DNA of 32,401 bases, taken from Octopus bimaculoides (lineage: Eukaryota). The notes beneath the pieces are model-generated. The model was not told where the DNA came from and searched no databases. It saw only the letters and a list, made by a program, of their open reading frames with translations. Made by a program: the position numbers and the translations under genes. The DNA lies in assembly GCF_001194135.2 (NCBI RefSeq), contig NC_068985.1, positions 105,130,983-105,163,383 on the forward strand, written 5' to 3'. Of the stretch, positions 31,000 through 32,401 are shown piece after piece. Every line of letters begins with the position of its first letter. Position 1 is the first letter of the stretch.

Positions 31000-31265
31000 A
31001 CTTTCACTTTTCATTTATTAGCATTATTCCATGCAGGAAGGAACGGTTTTCTAACAGAAAAAACGTAAGCTCCATTACTGAAAATTAGATAACAACACTT
31101 AATGCTATAAATTGAAATTTAGTGAAAGACTTGCATATTTTTACTGTTCTACTTAAAGATTGTATTTGTAAATTTCGTGTTAGTCAGTCTCTTTCTTTGC
31201 CTGAAAATTTCTAGATTGTCTCAAACCTTTACTAACATAATCAAGCGCAATAATTATTACACTGT
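31000..31265 (-). mobile_element. Older 3' fragment of the same R4/Dong-like family (copy 3)
   Basis: GAAAGACTTGCATATTTTTACTGTTC matches 29645-29670. Relic peptides IIIALDYVSK and TVKICKSFTKFQ. Confidence 0.78.
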
Positions 31266-31739
31266 GTATCAAAATTCTAATCTTTTTCTTTTGTCTTCGG
31301 ATAATAAGGTATCGTATTTACTCAATATATGATATATTAATATGCAAATCAAAATCAATACGTTAGATTTAATCTACAAAATTTAACGCTGATCTGAGGA
31401 AGTTGTTTACGACAACCATAAAAAATATACATACATCGAGATTAATATGTTATAATTAATCTATAAAAGTTGATGCTATGTCGTGGGAATTTGTATGACA
31501 GCCACTAAATATAAAACCATGAGCATTATTGCGCTATAATTTGATCTTTGACGTCAGTTTTAGGATTTGTTTACGTTAATCATAAAATATAAGCGTTCAT
31601 GTCACAAAATCGTCAGTGTTCTTCGGAACAGCTGTACTGAATAGCCAATAATTAATTAAGAATGATTGCTTAAATATAAGTCAAATACAAATGTTCACTG
31701 ATTGTTTCCTTGGCAAAGAGTCTGAATTATACGCCTTTG

Positions 31740-31740
<1 letters not shown>

Positions 31741-31801
<61 letters not shown>

Positions 31802-31811
31802 NNNNNNNNNN

Positions 31812-31842
<31 letters not shown>
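31741..31842. repeat. (CA)n microsatellite containing a 10-N gap
   Basis: Direct observation. Confidence 0.95.
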
Positions 31843-31844
<2 letters not shown>

Positions 31845-32401
31845 AAATATGGATAACAAAGAAGAATAAGGGTAATTAAGAGTGAATCAGGGGAGTGGCG
31901 TTTCTGCCTCAAGAAACGTTATCAGTACAGCAGTTGTCCTATCTTGAATTCAGCTTGACATAAGACTTATACATAAAAAAGTAGAAAACATTTATGGTTT
32001 GAGTTAATTTGCATAATTTACAGGAAAATCACAAAAACTATTCTCACCTATTGTACAATAAATAATTCATAGTATACAAAGCGAATTAGTAACATTTTAT
32101 TAGTAACCAAGTCAGGTTTTGTTAGTTCTATTTATTATCAAAAGGGTTAGCGACTTCATATGACAAGCTGAAATTTAGTTTAACAAACAAAACCTATTTT
32201 AAGTACACTAATCTGCCATTTTTATTTCAAAATAATTGCCATCTATCATTAGCCGTTTCTACGTAACTCAAGAATGGTTTCAGCGCCAATAGATTGTTGA
32301 ACAAGATTGTAAGATTTCAGATCCTTTAAATCTATTTATGAGTCGTATCGATTTTGTTTGGCTGCCATTTTATTAGTGTTTTATTACTGTTTTCAAATAA
32401 T

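Overview
AT-rich, gapped eukaryotic genomic DNA, almost certainly from an octopod cephalopod. The basis is a molluscan hemocyanin FU-a N-terminus (NLIRK...CCLHGMPTFPLWH) plus octopus-type tRNA-derived SINEs and dense microsatellites. The only host gene is hemocyanin. Two near-identical FU-a exon starts point towards each other across a 100-N gap (1105-1315 on +, 1416-1494 on -), each behind a different intron. For the - copy the whole 5' end can be rebuilt by hand: TATA/Inr promoter, a 39-nt first coding exon and a 25-nt micro-exon, giving the signal peptide MMKISCLFAIVFAFLLCGSAEG. The ORF track misses both exons. The remaining ~28 kb is repeat-filled upstream DNA: three SINE families, broken L1/Tx1-type LINEs, a CR1-like relic, a Helentron-type non-autonomous fragment, three long foldback inverted repeats within 5 kb, and a stack of three R4/Dong-like RLE retrotransposon 3' ends. 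The best-preserved of these sits inside the (CATA)n tail of the next, which suggests a microsatellite-targeting family. No rRNA, true tRNA or CRISPR was seen. Family names come from recalled motifs, not database searches, and coordinates and mismatch counts were read by eye.
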